From: an uncultured delta proteobacterium
GTDB taxonomy: Bacteria > Desulfobacterota > RBG-13-43-22
Length of the DNA stretch: 64,000 bases
Direction of reading: 5' to 3'
Assembly (NCBI GenBank): GCA_963843145.1
Contig: CAWJJC010000010.1
Span: 32,001 to 96,000, forward strand
A program made the translations under genes and the position numbers. This document shows positions 18,320 to 30,211 of the stretch, in pieces (positions within the stretch are counted from its first letter, which is position 1; the number at the start of each line of letters is the position of its first letter). Below the pieces are notes generated by a model. The model did not search any database and was not told the origin of the DNA. It saw only the letters and a list, made by a program, of their open reading frames with translations.

Positions 18320-19798
18320 TTATTGGCACATCTCTTTTAATTTCTCTAAAATTTTGACCATAGCCAGGGTATCGAGGCGGCAATAATCCAGCATGGCTTG
18401 ACGCAATTTGGCTGCCTCTTCCATATCCCGAATTTCCATTAAGTTCTGATAGGCATTCATCGCCATCCCCCCATCCTGGATTTCCAGGTTGGAATAAGTC
18501 ATATCGGGAAGCAGGCAGGGGAGGACGTTTTTCAGGGAATAAGACCCTTTCATTTTCCAGTGATAGACATCTTTTTTTCTGAAGGGGATGGCCAGATCCT
18601 GAAGATTTTGGGTAATTCCTTCGATCCTGTCTTTGTAATTCGGGAACCAGGTAGCCAGGTTCTGGAGACAGCCTTTTTCAAAGCTGGCGTTATAGGCGAT
18701 AACACAGGCCCCCGGAGGGATTTGATCGCAAAGGTTTTGCAGGAGTTCTTCCCTGAAATCGGATCTGGGATCTGCCAAGAATTCGAGGTGTCCCAAAACC
18801 CCGTTCTCCTTTTCCTGGTAATGGAGCGAATATTGAAAGGGGATCCGCTGATAAGGGCGAGTCCCGTTAAAAGGAGGAATCGGAGGATTAATCGTCTCGA
18901 AATCCAAAAAATAGAGGGGATACCAGAGGGTCTTGAGGAAGTCCTTGACCCCATCGGAATTAAAAACCTCCTCCTGGTTGAGGAAGGAGTCTAATTGAAG
19001 CCTTTGACCCTGGGACAATAATTCCCCGGGGACCTCTTTTAGATCAACATACCCCTGATAGTAGAGCTTAAAACGATTCGTTCCTTGCCCCCCAAGGTCA
19101 AAAATAGAATTCTCGGGAAGATGCTCCCGGCAGTGGCCGATGAAATCACAGGCATAGGGATCATTGCATTGTTTCCCGATGGCAATCTCGGGTTCCTTTC
19201 CTGAAAGCATCCGCCGGAGCTTGTTTACCTCCTCCTTTACCCATTCTTGTTTTTTCAGTACACTTTCTGTAACCTCATCGACAATAAATAATTTGTCCGG
19301 TTTTATAGCCCCGTTTCGGACATATTGATTATTGATATAAACCAGGAAGGTTTTCTCAACGGGAAGCCCGGAGCCTTTGGCCACATAAAATTGGAGGGCC
19401 ACGTCATTCAGATGGACTTCTTCTATTTCCGTAACCCCTTTTACCTCGTAAAGTTCCCAACCTTCCTCTCCCAGATGAAGGAGGTCGTTTTTAACAAAGA
19501 TGTCGTCAAAGCTGAAGGTAGCTTCATAGATAGTGTCAATCCCCTTGCTCAGGGCGTTTTGAGTCTTCTGAAGCTGGTCATTATGGGAAAGACCTTCATA
19601 GGGAATTTCTATTCCTCCAGGGAAGAGCTCCTGGGCCAACATTCCCACTTCTGTCCCGGTCTGGAAAAGGTTCTCCTGGTCTTGAGAAATTTCATCCCTC
19701 CATTCCGGGTGAAATTTGTGGAGGTATAAGGACTTAGGACACTGGATGCCTCTTATAAAGAGGGACTTGCTTAAATAGGCCGTTCCTTCTTTCGGCAT
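18320..19798 (-). CDS. DUF2779-domain protein (Cas4-like PD-(D/E)xK nuclease plus RNase H/DEDD-like domain)
   Basis: LSKS...QCPKSLYL; DLL...ELYEVK; C..PY.C.F...C; YFLDFET, RPYQRIPFQYSLH, YNASFEK, GSYSLK, YCRLDTLAM. Confidence 0.88.
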   Translation of the reverse strand: MPKEGTAYLSKSLFIRGIQCPKSLYLHKFHPEWRDEISQDQENLFQTGTEVGMLAQELFPGGIEIPYEGLSHNDQLQKTQNALSKGIDTIYEATFSFDDIFVKNDLLHLGEEGWELYEVKGVTEIEEVHLNDVALQFYVAKGSGLPVEKTFLVYINNQYVRNGAIKPDKLFIVDEVTESVLKKQEWVKEEVNKLRRMLSGKEPEIAIGKQCNDPYACDFIGHCREHLPENSIFDLGGQGTNRFKLYYQGYVDLKEVPGELLSQGQRLQLDSFLNQEEVFNSDGVKDFLKTLWYPLYFLDFETINPPIPPFNGTRPYQRIPFQYSLHYQEKENGVLGHLEFLADPRSDFREELLQNLCDQIPPGACVIAYNASFEKGCLQNLATWFPNYKDRIEGITQNLQDLAIPFRKKDVYHWKMKGSYSLKNVLPCLLPDMTYSNLEIQDGGMAMNAYQNLMEIRDMEEAAKLRQAMLDYCRLDTLAMVKILEKLKEMCQ

Positions 19799-19868
19799 GT
19801 CTGATCTCCTGCTTAATTGAGTTAGGTTTTTCCTTATTGTTGCTGATTTCTTATTTTGACCAAATATT

Positions 19869-19898
19869 ATTATACCGTACTGCCAGGGCCATGTCAGT
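19869..19898 (-). promoter_or_regulatory. Sigma-70 promoter with overlapping palindromic operator upstream of DUF2779-WYL
   Basis: Minus strand CTGACA-N17-TATAAT; inverted repeat ACTGCCA-N6-TGTCAGT (19879-19898) covers the -35 box. Confidence 0.65.
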
Positions 19899-20030
19899 TC
19901 ACTATGTTAATTATAATTTATAAATCTTTACATATAAAATCCATGTAACGCGTAGAAGCTTAATAATCCTATGTGGTTATCAATAATAATAGCCAAATTT
20001 CATAACAAAACCAATTATCTGAGGGGAAAT

Positions 20031-20485
20031 ATGGACTTCAAACAACTTCTCGAAAAGATTTACCAAAAAAATAGCTCAGTAAACGTTTATTCCAAAAAGG
20101 GGCTCCATTGGTCGGAGTATTTTGGGTTGACCCCGCTATAAAGGAAATCGAGCTGACTTTTGCCGAGCCGGCAGAATCAATAGAATTGGAACCGGGGAGC
20201 GAGTTTATTACCGGTCCTCATGGTCATTGTGCCATTTGGGCACAATATAAAAGGAATGGCTTACTTCCTCAAAAATGGAAGGATCAGGAATACGAATATG
20301 TTCCCAGGGGGAGGGTTCTCTACGAGAGAAAGAAAAAAAGGTTTAAAGTTTTTTCCAGCCAGGAATTGGCCAAAAGTCGATGGTTTCGGGAGGCAATTAT
20401 TAAAGAGTTCAATCTCCAATCCGAGAAAACAGGTTTTTTCGGCGATGAGCACTATGAAGATCCTTTAAAAAGGAAAAGAAAATAG
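20031..20485 (+). CDS. Hypothetical protein (5' frameshift likely)
   Basis: GAGGGG RBS and ATG at 20031; VGVFW...HGHC..W...EYEYVPRGRV...DEHY. Confidence 0.6.
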
Positions 20486-20526
20486 GTCTTTTCAAAATTA
20501 GCGAATGAAGGGCAACGCTTTTTTCA

Positions 20527-20610
20527 ATGAATAAGCGTCTTATCAAGACCAGTAAATTCTTGAGTCTGGTCCTTCGTCATCAACCCGAAACCATAGGCTT
20601 ATCATTAGAT
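20527..20610 (+). pseudogene. kptA: RNA 2'-phosphotransferase (KptA/Tpt1) N-terminal fragment
   Basis: SKFLSLVLRHQPETIGLSLD is the KptA N-terminus; similarity stops after about 28 aa. Confidence 0.75.
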
Positions 20611-20887
20611 CAAATAGATACTATTGCCATATATTTTCATCGATGGATGTATCTCAAACGAAATAAAAACCAGGCATCTCTCTTGAGAATTGAGGTCTAC
20701 TATTCTTCCATCAAAACTCCTTGATTAAAGGTTGCCAGAAAGAAATGCCTCTATGGCTGCGGATTTAGAAGCTTACAAGGAAGCACTCTATTTGGATAAA
20801 CTACATTCATCCGAATTGCCCAAAGTTTAGCCACTCATCTTGACTAAGGAGCCATCAACCAGTCCCTGATAATCTATCCAGTTCTCT

Positions 20888-21060
20888 TCAGCGTTTCTTT
20901 CCGATCGCAAACGCTTTTCCAATAAATTCCCCGATACCATGATACTGTTGTATTTCCGGGCTGAAGACCAGGGGACGAATCTTCTCGATATCGGGTTTTC
21001 CATCATCCTTCAGCATACTTTCATCAATTTTGACATCTAAAATCTCACCCACGAATTGGG
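20888..21060 (-). pseudogene. Flavin reductase-like protein C-terminal fragment
   Basis: QFVGEILDVKIDESMLKDDGKPDIEKIRPLVF...GKAFAIGKKR*. Confidence 0.6.
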
Positions 21061-21139
21061 ATGGGATTCGATCCTTTCATTTTATCTTTTCTCTACCCCT
21101 GCGGCCGCGCGGCGGTGGACTTTCTCTGAGGCGGCCAGT

Positions 21140-22209
<1,070 letters not shown>

Positions 22210-22289
22210 GGCTACCTCTGTTTGAGATAGAGGATTATAGAATGAGATGGAGGGAAGGGAGCAAGGACGAAAAAGTGAAAGGTTTTTGA

Positions 22290-23792
22290 TTAGGGTTCAG
22301 GACTCTGGTTTGTCTCCCAGCGGATTTTCAGAAGCCCAGCGCCTTTTCGAGGTTGCGGATCAGCTCCGCGGGGAGTAGGTTCCATCCAGCGCTGCCCCAG
22401 AACCAGGAAAAAAATATAAAAACAAAGGATGCCCAGCGCCGAAAAGATAAGACCGGCCAGCGAGCTGATTTGGGGAAGCGCACCCCGAATCCCGGTTACC
22501 AGCCCGACCGAAAAGAGGCAAGCCAAGGTCGGGATCAGTACCTGGCGAAACACCGCAGACCAGGGTAGAGAAAGCAAGCGCCCGATGATTCCATAACGAA
22601 CCAATTGCATTAAAACCCCAATCCCGGCCATTAATATCGCTACCCCCCGCGCGCCTTGCCAGTAGGTCAGGGGAATTACTCCCGCGCCGAAAAGGACGGT
22701 CATCACTAAAACCGTCTGAACCCAGAGTTTCAGCCGGCCCAGGGCTTGAAAAAGGCCTCCCAAAAAACCGGCGAATAGGGAGCAGACCCCCCAGATCGCC
22801 AGCCAGGGGACCAGCGGCAGACCGGCCAGCCACTGATGTCCCAGAACGAGCGGGTAAAAATCGGGAGAGCAAACACAAACCAGACCCGCCATGCCCAAAG
22901 TGATCACGGAAATCATGCCGAAGGATTGCCGAAAGGCTTTTTCCAGACGGTCCCGATCCTGCTGGAGGTGGCTAAATACCGGAAAGGCCAGTTGGGCGAC
23001 AACTCCACCGATTTCGGTGGTGGCCAGCGTACAGATCAAAAAGGTCATCTGGTAAAGGGCCAAAGCCTTAACATCCAGGAGGCGTCCGATTACCCAGTCT
23101 CCCCCTCGCATAAAAATGTAGGCGACGAGGCAATTGATAAATATCAAGAAACCAAAGCGGCGAAGGTCCTTCAGCGGCCGCCAATCAAAGGAAATCCCCA
23201 GACTGCCGGGTTCCGAGAAAAGATGCGCGCCCAGGGTAGTGACCGCCGCCCCGCTGAGCCCGGCCAGCACGAGAGCCCAGGCATCCGGACGAAGATAGGC
23301 CATAGCCAGGCCCACACCCAGACTGATCAGGGATCCCCCGGTCTGCAGGGCCACGACCGGAGCGAATCTAAGTTCTTTCCTGGCCAGGGTTTCAAAAAGA
23401 GGTTCAAACCCTTTAATGACCGGGAGCAGCGCCATCACCCGAAGAATGGCCAGCGATTGAGGACTGTCAAAAAAGGCGGCCAGCCACGGCGCGCCCAGGA
23501 ATACGATTCCTCCCAGCAGTAAACCGCGGACGATCTGAAGCGTTCGAACCGGCAAAAGATAGACCGAGAGGTCACCCGAGCGTTGAATCAGGGCCGACCG
23601 GAGACCCGTCTCCGAAAATTGATCCAAGGCCGTCAGGGCCAGGGTGGCCACGGCATAAACACCCATTTCATCCGGGCCAAGCCAGCGGGCGATGGTCAGC
23701 ATCCGCGCCAGATCGAACCCGCGGGTCAAAAGGCGCGCGGCCGTAAGGGACAGCCCCCCGCGAAGGAGGCGCCCGGCTAGATCTGGGACGAT
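22290..23792 (-). CDS. Oligosaccharide flippase (Wzx/WzxC-like)
   Basis: ARWLGPDEMGVYA, ALIQ, many transmembrane helices, FPVFSHLQ. Confidence 0.85.
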   Translation of the reverse strand: MVPDLAGRLLRGGLSLTAARLLTRGFDLARMLTIARWLGPDEMGVYAVATLALTALDQFSETGLRSALIQRSGDLSVYLLPVRTLQIVRGLLLGGIVFLGAPWLAAFFDSPQSLAILRVMALLPVIKGFEPLFETLARKELRFAPVVALQTGGSLISLGVGLAMAYLRPDAWALVLAGLSGAAVTTLGAHLFSEPGSLGISFDWRPLKDLRRFGFLIFINCLVAYIFMRGGDWVIGRLLDVKALALYQMTFLICTLATTEIGGVVAQLAFPVFSHLQQDRDRLEKAFRQSFGMISVITLGMAGLVCVCSPDFYPLVLGHQWLAGLPLVPWLAIWGVCSLFAGFLGGLFQALGRLKLWVQTVLVMTVLFGAGVIPLTYWQGARGVAILMAGIGVLMQLVRYGIIGRLLSLPWSAVFRQVLIPTLACLFSVGLVTGIRGALPQISSLAGLIFSALGILCFYIFFLVLGQRWMEPTPRGADPQPRKGAGLLKIRWETNQSPEP

Positions 23793-23831
23793 GGCGTTCA
23801 AAACATTTTTCGTTGAGGCCGAGGGCTCTTT

Positions 23832-24797
23832 TTATTCCAATTTTTTTAGGCTTAAGGATTCTACCGGAAAGCCGCTGTCCAGCCAGGCCTGCAGGCCGCC
23901 GGCCAACACGCGAACCTTTTCTATTCCCCGCCGTTTCATCAATTGCGCCACCCGGGCGCTGGAAGCTTCGTTGGGTCAGGAGCAGTATAAAATAACCTCC
24001 CGGTCCAGAGGGATCCGCTGGATATGATGGCGCACGCCATTCAACGGCAGGTGAAAAGCACCGGGGAGGTGCTGCGGTTTCGCTAGGAGGTCCAGTTCCG
24101 TTCGAACATCCAGGATCAGCGGACGGTCTTCGTTTTCCAATTTTTCCTTGACCTCCTCCGCTGAAATGCGCAACAATAGAAATTGCCTCATGAGCCATTG
24201 TCGTTGCCAGAGCTTCCAGATAATGGTCCCCGCCAGTCCGCCCAGGAGGAGGACCCCGACGCCATTCCCCAGTCTCAGGAATTGATTGGCCATCCACTCC
24301 AGTTGATCGCTGAATTCATATCCCAATCCCACCAGGACGATTACCCAGAGGATGATTCCCAGGGTATCCCAGAATATAAACCGCTGGAGCCGCATCCGAA
24401 AAATCCCGGCCAAAGGCGGGGTGATAATGTTGACCCCGGGCAGGAATTTGGCCACCAGAAGTGACCGGACCCCTTGTCGAGAAAAAATATCCTTGGCCCG
24501 GCCGACACAGGTGTCGGGGCTTAGGGACATTCGGCAAAGAAAAGGGATGACCTTCTCTCCCCGCCACTTTCCCAGGGAATACCAACTCAAATCGGCGATC
24601 AGCGCGGCGCTCCAGATCACCAGGAAAATCGGCAGGATTTCCAAGCTTCCGTAACCGACCAGGGCCCCGGCAGCCAGCAAAATAGGCGCCGACGGGATGG
24701 GGAGACCAAATTGCTCCAACAGCACCCAAGAAAATAGAACCGCGTACCCGTGCTGAACAAAAAAAGATAGAAGTATTTTCACCATAATTAAGGACAC
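23832..24797 (-). CDS. DedA/VTT-rhodanese fusion, probable selenoprotein (UGA at 23976-23978)
   Basis: DedA motifs (EQFGLPIP, AKFLPG). The frame continues past TGA: YCS-U-PNEASSARVA...LAGGLQAW...E*. Hairpin GCGCC-CGGGT-GGCGC lies just downstream of the UGA. Confidence 0.85.
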
Positions 24798-24982
24798 ACC
24801 GGGAAAAGATAGTTACCCCGCCAGTATAGAAGAATCGTTTTGCTTTGGGCAAGAAATTTTCACTGGCTAAAAGATCGGCGATCTCCGCCAACGCTTCCGG
24901 GGTCCGGAGGGTTGGAGGCCCTGATCTCCTCAACCCGGTTTAATCAGTAGATCTTTTTTCGTCTTTAAGGTATATGTAGAAA

Positions 24983-25978
24983 TTGAACTTAAACCCAGAC
25001 AATCAAAAGAGGTGCCTTATGCGGTATAAAAACACGTTACCAAATCTGTTGGCTCTGCTTTTAATGAGCGCTTTCATTTTCCTTTGGGCTTCCAGTGAAG
25101 TCATGGCCCGGGCGGGAGGCGGACTGTCCGGAGGATTTCGCGGGAGCCGGTCCTTTTCCGCGCCTCGGACTTTCAGCCCGTCTCCTCTCAATCCAGGCGC
25201 CCCTTCTTCGGGGATGTTCAACCAGTCCACGCCGATGGCGCCTTCCACGGGGAGTCCGTTACTGCGGGGGTTGGCGGGAGGCCTGGCCGGGGGGTTCCTC
25301 GGAAATATGCTCTTCGGCGGCCTGGGTCACGGCGCCATGGGTTCCGGAGGCGGCGGAGGCGGAATCGGCTTCCTGGAAATAATACTTCTAGGGATAGGGG
25401 CCTTTCTATTATTCCGGTTTATCCGCAGTCGTAAAAAGACCGCGGGTTCCCCGTTCCAGCAGACCAATTATATCCCCCCTCCCTATTCCCAAGATCCTAA
25501 TCCGTCAGGCCTCGCCGCGGATCAAACGGTCGAAGCCGGAATCGGACATATCCAGTCCATGGACGCCCGCTTTAATCCCGCGGATTTCAAAGACTGGGTC
25601 CAGGACCTTTTCTTCAAGATTCAGGCCGCCTGGACCAATCAGGACCTGGGGCCGCTGACTCCTTTTTTAGCTCCGGAGATCCAAGCCATGTTCTCCCGGG
25701 ATCTGGAAGGTCAAAAATCCCAAAACCGGATCAATCGTCTGGAAAATATTGCCGTCCGTTCGGTGGATATCACCGAGGCCTGGCAGGAGGAAGGAAAAGA
25801 TTTTATCACCATCCTCTTTTACGCCAATTTGCTGGATTACCTGGAAGACAAAAAGACCGGAGCCGTGGTTTCCGGAAGCAAGACCGAACCGGTCAAATTC
25901 CGGGAATACTGGACCTTTGTACGGCCCGTTGGCGGCCAGGATAATTGGCAGTTGAGCGCTATCCAACAGGAAAGTTAA
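24983..25978 (+). CDS. Tim44-domain protein
   Basis: ARAGGG..GFRGSRSF, Gly-rich membrane segment, FFKIQAAW, FREYWTFVR, WQLSAIQQ. Confidence 0.9.
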   Translation: MNLNPDNQKRCLMRYKNTLPNLLALLLMSAFIFLWASSEVMARAGGGLSGGFRGSRSFSAPRTFSPSPLNPGAPSSGMFNQSTPMAPSTGSPLLRGLAGGLAGGFLGNMLFGGLGHGAMGSGGGGGGIGFLEIILLGIGAFLLFRFIRSRKKTAGSPFQQTNYIPPPYSQDPNPSGLAADQTVEAGIGHIQSMDARFNPADFKDWVQDLFFKIQAAWTNQDLGPLTPFLAPEIQAMFSRDLEGQKSQNRINRLENIAVRSVDITEAWQEEGKDFITILFYANLLDYLEDKKTGAVVSGSKTEPVKFREYWTFVRPVGGQDNWQLSAIQQES

Positions 25979-25996
25979 ACCAGACAGGGAATTGCT

Positions 25997-26081
25997 CGTC
26001 ATCCCCGAAGGTCTTTATCGGGGATCCAGTGTTCCTTTGGAAAAACCTGGATTCCCGCTCAGAAGCGCTGCGGGAATGACG
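25997..26081 (+). repeat. REP-like double-hairpin element (copy 1)
   Basis: CGTCATCCCCGAA...TCGGGGATCCAG...CTGGATTCCCGC...GCGGGAATGACG; inverted near-copy at 39448-39532. Confidence 0.8.
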
Positions 26082-26125
26082 CTTTATTACGCGGGGTCAC
26101 TAACCACCTTATAAGAGGCCGGCCA

Positions 26126-27529
26126 ATGCCCGGTAAGTCCACAGAAGAGCTTCAGGAAAAGATCCAATTCTATGAACGGGTGCTGGACAACATCCGCAAC
26201 GGGGTTATGATCACCGAACCCTCCGGGAAAATTATTTTTTTCAGCCGGGCCTACGGTGATTTCCTGGGCATCGATCCCCAAAAGGCCATGGGCCGGCATT
26301 GCCGGGAGGTGGTGGAGAATACCCGCATGGAAATCGTGGCCCAGACCGGCATCCCGGAAATCAACCACCCCCACCGGATCAAGGGCCAGGACATGGTGGT
26401 GCAACGGATCCCCATTAAGAAAAACGGCCGGACGATCGCCGTCTATGGACAGGTCATGTTTGAAGACGTGCGGGATGTTCAAGCCCTGGCCAAAAAGCTC
26501 AGCCTCCTGGAAACCAAACTGGAATTGTACGAAAAAGAACTGACCCACCTGCGCTCCTCCAAGTACACCATCAAGCATATCATCGGCCGAAGCGAGGAGA
26601 TGACCAAATTAAAGAATATGGCCCTCCAGGCGGCCAAGACCAATGCCCCGGTCCTGATCCTGGGGGAAAGCGGCACAGGTAAAGAGCTCTTCGCCCATGC
26701 CATTCACTACGCCAGCGAACGGCGGACCTTCCCTTTTATCCGCCTGAATTGTGCGGCCATCCCCCGGGACCTGCTGGAAGCCGAACTTTTCGGCTATGAA
26801 CCCGGGGCCTTTACCGGGGCCGGCAGCAAAACCAAACCGGGGAAATTCGAACTGGCCCATCAGGGAACCATTTTTCTGGACGAAATCGGGGACCTGCCCC
26901 TGGAAATGCAGCCCAAACTGCTGCGGGTCATTGAAGAAAAGGAAACCGAACGTCTGGGCGGCACCCGGCTGATCCACAGCAATTTTCGCCTGATCACCGC
27001 CACCCACGCCCCCTTGGAAGAGATGGTCGCCCAAGGCCGTTTTCGCAAAGACCTCTATTACCGCCTTAATGTCATCCCCCTGGCCATTCCCCCCCTCCGC
27101 GATCGAAAAGAGGATCTCCCGCTGCTGGCCGACCATTTGATCCAGATGCTCAACCGGGAACTAGGGACCCATGTCACCCGGCCGGCGCCGGAGGTTTTGA
27201 ATCGTTTCCGCCAATATGACTGGCCGGGAAATGTGCGGGAACTGATCAATGTGCTGGAAAGGGTCCTCTATTCTCTCGACGGGGACACCATTCATATTGA
27301 CCATTTGCCCATTTTTTTGCAGACCCACAAGAAAAGAGCACCCTCCGCCGGCGCCACCTCCCTAAAACGACTGCGAGAGGACTTGGAGAAGGAGGTCCTT
27401 TCCCAGGCCATGAAAAAAGCCCATTACAATAAACAGCAGGCCGCGCAGGCCTTAGGCATTCACCGGACGGCCCTCTATAAAAAAATAAAGAAATACGACC
27501 TCCCCCTGCAGCCGGCCCGCTGGAAATAA
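26126..27529 (+). CDS. Sigma-54-dependent activator (PAS-AAA+-Fis HTH)
   Basis: GESGTGKE, GAFTGA, FLDEIG, WPGNVREL, C-terminal HTH. Confidence 0.95.
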   Translation: MPGKSTEELQEKIQFYERVLDNIRNGVMITEPSGKIIFFSRAYGDFLGIDPQKAMGRHCREVVENTRMEIVAQTGIPEINHPHRIKGQDMVVQRIPIKKNGRTIAVYGQVMFEDVRDVQALAKKLSLLETKLELYEKELTHLRSSKYTIKHIIGRSEEMTKLKNMALQAAKTNAPVLILGESGTGKELFAHAIHYASERRTFPFIRLNCAAIPRDLLEAELFGYEPGAFTGAGSKTKPGKFELAHQGTIFLDEIGDLPLEMQPKLLRVIEEKETERLGGTRLIHSNFRLITATHAPLEEMVAQGRFRKDLYYRLNVIPLAIPPLRDRKEDLPLLADHLIQMLNRELGTHVTRPAPEVLNRFRQYDWPGNVRELINVLERVLYSLDGDTIHIDHLPIFLQTHKKRAPSAGATSLKRLREDLEKEVLSQAMKKAHYNKQQAAQALGIHRTALYKKIKKYDLPLQPARWK

Positions 27530-27533
27530 GGAA

Positions 27534-27742
27534 TGTATACTTTTCTCTACATGTATCCAGTTGGCTATATTCTGATAAACCCGCCTGATTATCACCATAA
27601 AAATAAAGACTGGTTATTTTCTGTAGCCATTTTGCTACACCTCGGGGATTTCCTCTTTTCCCCTTCTTTTCCTCTTTCTTATTGAATTATTAAACAGTTG
27701 TCCGTTCTGGGCCGGGTCGGCTTTTCTGGCCCTGTTATTGCT
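27534..27742 (+). promoter_or_regulatory. Sigma-54 promoter with three upstream activator sites
   Basis: TGGCCC-TGTTA-TTGCT at 27727-27742; TGTA-N10-TA(C/T)A at 27534-27551, 27552-27569 and 27622-27639. Confidence 0.75.
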
Positions 27743-27799
27743 GGTATATGGCCAACACTCTCCTAAGTTCCCACCAAAACCTTAAAGGAGCCTTTTATT

Positions 27800-28667
27800 A
27801 TGGGCAAAAAAGTCGATATTTCCGAGCCCAGGATCAGGAAAGACGATGTGCTGATCCTTTCCGATCCCGACTTTAACGTCAACAACGTCTGTCTGGTGAC
27901 CGGGGCCGGCGGGGGTATCGGCCGGGCCACGGCCATCGCCGCCGCCGCCAACAACCTCATGACCGTTGGACTCGATATCAACGAAAAAGAGGGCCAGAAA
28001 ACCCAGCGACTGGCCCGGGACCTGGGCGGGCAGATGATTTTTATCAAAACCGACTTGACCCGGGAAGAAGACCTCCGCTACGCCGTGGCCGAAGCCGCCA
28101 AATTGGGGACCATCAAATATCTGGCCAATATTGCCGGCATTCAGCACATCGATTCCATCGAAAACTTTCCCATGGAAAAATACGACTATATGATGCGCCT
28201 TATGCTGCGGGCACCCTTCTACCTTTCCAAATTGGTCGCTGCCTCACATGAAAAAAAGCAAAAACGGAACCGGGGCCATCGGCAACATGACCTCCATCCA
28301 CGCCCACATCTGCACCCTGAACAAGACCGTCTATAACCTGACCAAGTTCGGACTGCGGGCCCTGACCCAGTCCATCGCCGCCGAAGGAAACGGCAAAATC
28401 CGTTCCTTTTCCGTCAGCACCGGCTTTGTCAAAACCGCCCTGACGCTCAAACAAATCCCGGCCCAAGCCCAACAGCGGAAAATCACCCCTCAACAGGTGG
28501 TCCAGGACGTCATGCTGGGTAATTCCCGGATCAAAGAGATGATGACCCCCATTGAGGTAGGGAATCTTTTTCTGTTCGGCTTTTCCCGCTTCGCCAAATA
28601 CCTGATCGGCGGGGATTTGCTTTTTGATGGCGGCATGGTCTTGACCTATGCCGAGAAAAAAGGTTAG
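27800..28667 (+). CDS. SDR oxidoreductase (3-hydroxybutyrate dehydrogenase-like), frameshift near 28245
   Basis: TGAGGGIG, NIAGIQH, SIHA, YNLTKFG (YxxxK). Confidence 0.85.
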
Positions 28668-28786
28668 TCTCTCTTCCGTTCGCTGATTTATCAAAAAAAA
28701 ATAAGGAGGTGATCCATCAGGTAAGAAATAAATCACTTCTATCTTTAAGAGCTTTTTGTAACGCACCTAATAAAAAAGGAGGGTTA

Positions 28787-30040
28787 ATGATGAAACAAAT
28801 CAAGTTAATGAGCCTGGTCTTGATCTTGTCCTTTTTACTCTGGGGGGGATTGCCTCCGACGAACAAATGCCTGGCGGCGGACTCTTATAATCTCGGAGTC
28901 GCGTTGGGTCTAACCGGCACCGGTGCCCTTTATTCCAAAGACGGTACCGATGCCATTAAGCTGGCCGTCGATGAAATTAATGCCCACGGAGGTTTCTTAG
29001 GGAAAAATCCGATCAAGTTATTCATCAGGGACACTCAGACCAAGCCGGATGTGGGCGTCCGGGAGGCCAAGGACCTGATCCTGCGGGACAAGGTTCGCTG
29101 CGTCCTGGGGAGTTATTCCAGCGCTGTGGCCGTGGCCATCAAACCGGTCTGCCAGGAATATAAAGTGCTTCATATTGCCGCCATCAGCAACTCAGAAAAC
29201 ATCACCCAGGTTAATTTCAGTCCCTACACTTTCTCGGTTGTTCCCAACAGCTACATGCAGGCCAAGGCCGTGGTTTTAGGTGTGGCCCAGTTGGCCAAAA
29301 AGAAAGGCTGGAAGGATTACGTGACCATCGCCTCGGACTACGAGTGGGGCCGATCCACCCAAGAAAGTACGGTAAAACTCCTGAAAGAGGCGGCTCCTAA
29401 TTTGAAGTTAAAAAAGGAATTTTGGCCGCCGCTGGGAGAAACGCAGTTTACCTCCTATATTACGGCCATCATGGCCCAGAAGCCTGACTTTGTAATCGGC
29501 TCGGTGGCCTCTAAGGACAACGTGGCCTGGATGCAACAGGCCAAGGCCTATGGGTTCTTTGATAAAATTCCTTATCCAGGATCATTGATCAGCGTTTCCG
29601 AATTGATTATCGAGGCTAAAACCCTTACCCGGGGTCTGGTGGGGCTGATGCCGGGCACCCTTTTTTGCCCATCTGGATGTCCCCATGATGGCGATTTTGT
29701 TAAACACTTTAAGGCCAAATATGACCGTTATCCCAGTGATTGGGCGGTCATGGAGTATGATGCCGTTTATGCCTTGAAGCAGGGGATCGAGAAGGCGGGA
29801 GGCATCGACTCGGAGAAAGTAAAGGATGCGCTGAAAGGAGCGACCATCAATACCACTCGGGGCAAGCTCTATTTCCGACCGAATAGACAACCAACTGAGC
29901 TGTTCATCTTATATGGGTGTAGTAGCGGATGATCCCAAATATCCTTTCCCCATCTACCATGATCTGGTGAGGTCAAGGGCCCGGATTCCTGGCGTCCTGA
30001 AGCCGAAATTATCGCTGCCCGAAAAGCGAGAAAAAATAAG
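28787..30040 (+). CDS. Liv-type ABC transporter substrate-binding protein (frameshifts)
   Basis: Signal peptide, LAVDEINAHGG, DYEWG, YDAVYAL. Confidence 0.88.
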
Positions 30041-30049
30041 CGGGCGCTA

Positions 30050-30207
30050 AAGGACCGCCGGAAGATCGACCGCAGCCCGAGCACGATAAGCGCCGGGCTG
30101 CGGTCGGGGTGGGCCGTTTGAATTCACTTCAAATGGCGGGGGTTTCCCGCCTGAGGCGGGACCCTCCGCCGAGCAGAAAGTCATTTTTGACTTTTTGCGA
30201 GGTTAGC
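30050..30207. repeat. MITE-like element, related to 43220-43374
   Basis: Shares TAAGCGCCGGGCTG...GAATTCACTTC.AATGGCGGGG...CCGCCGAGCAGAAAGTC and the end GACTTTTTGCGAGGTTAGC. Confidence 0.7.
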
Positions 30208-30211
30208 AAAG

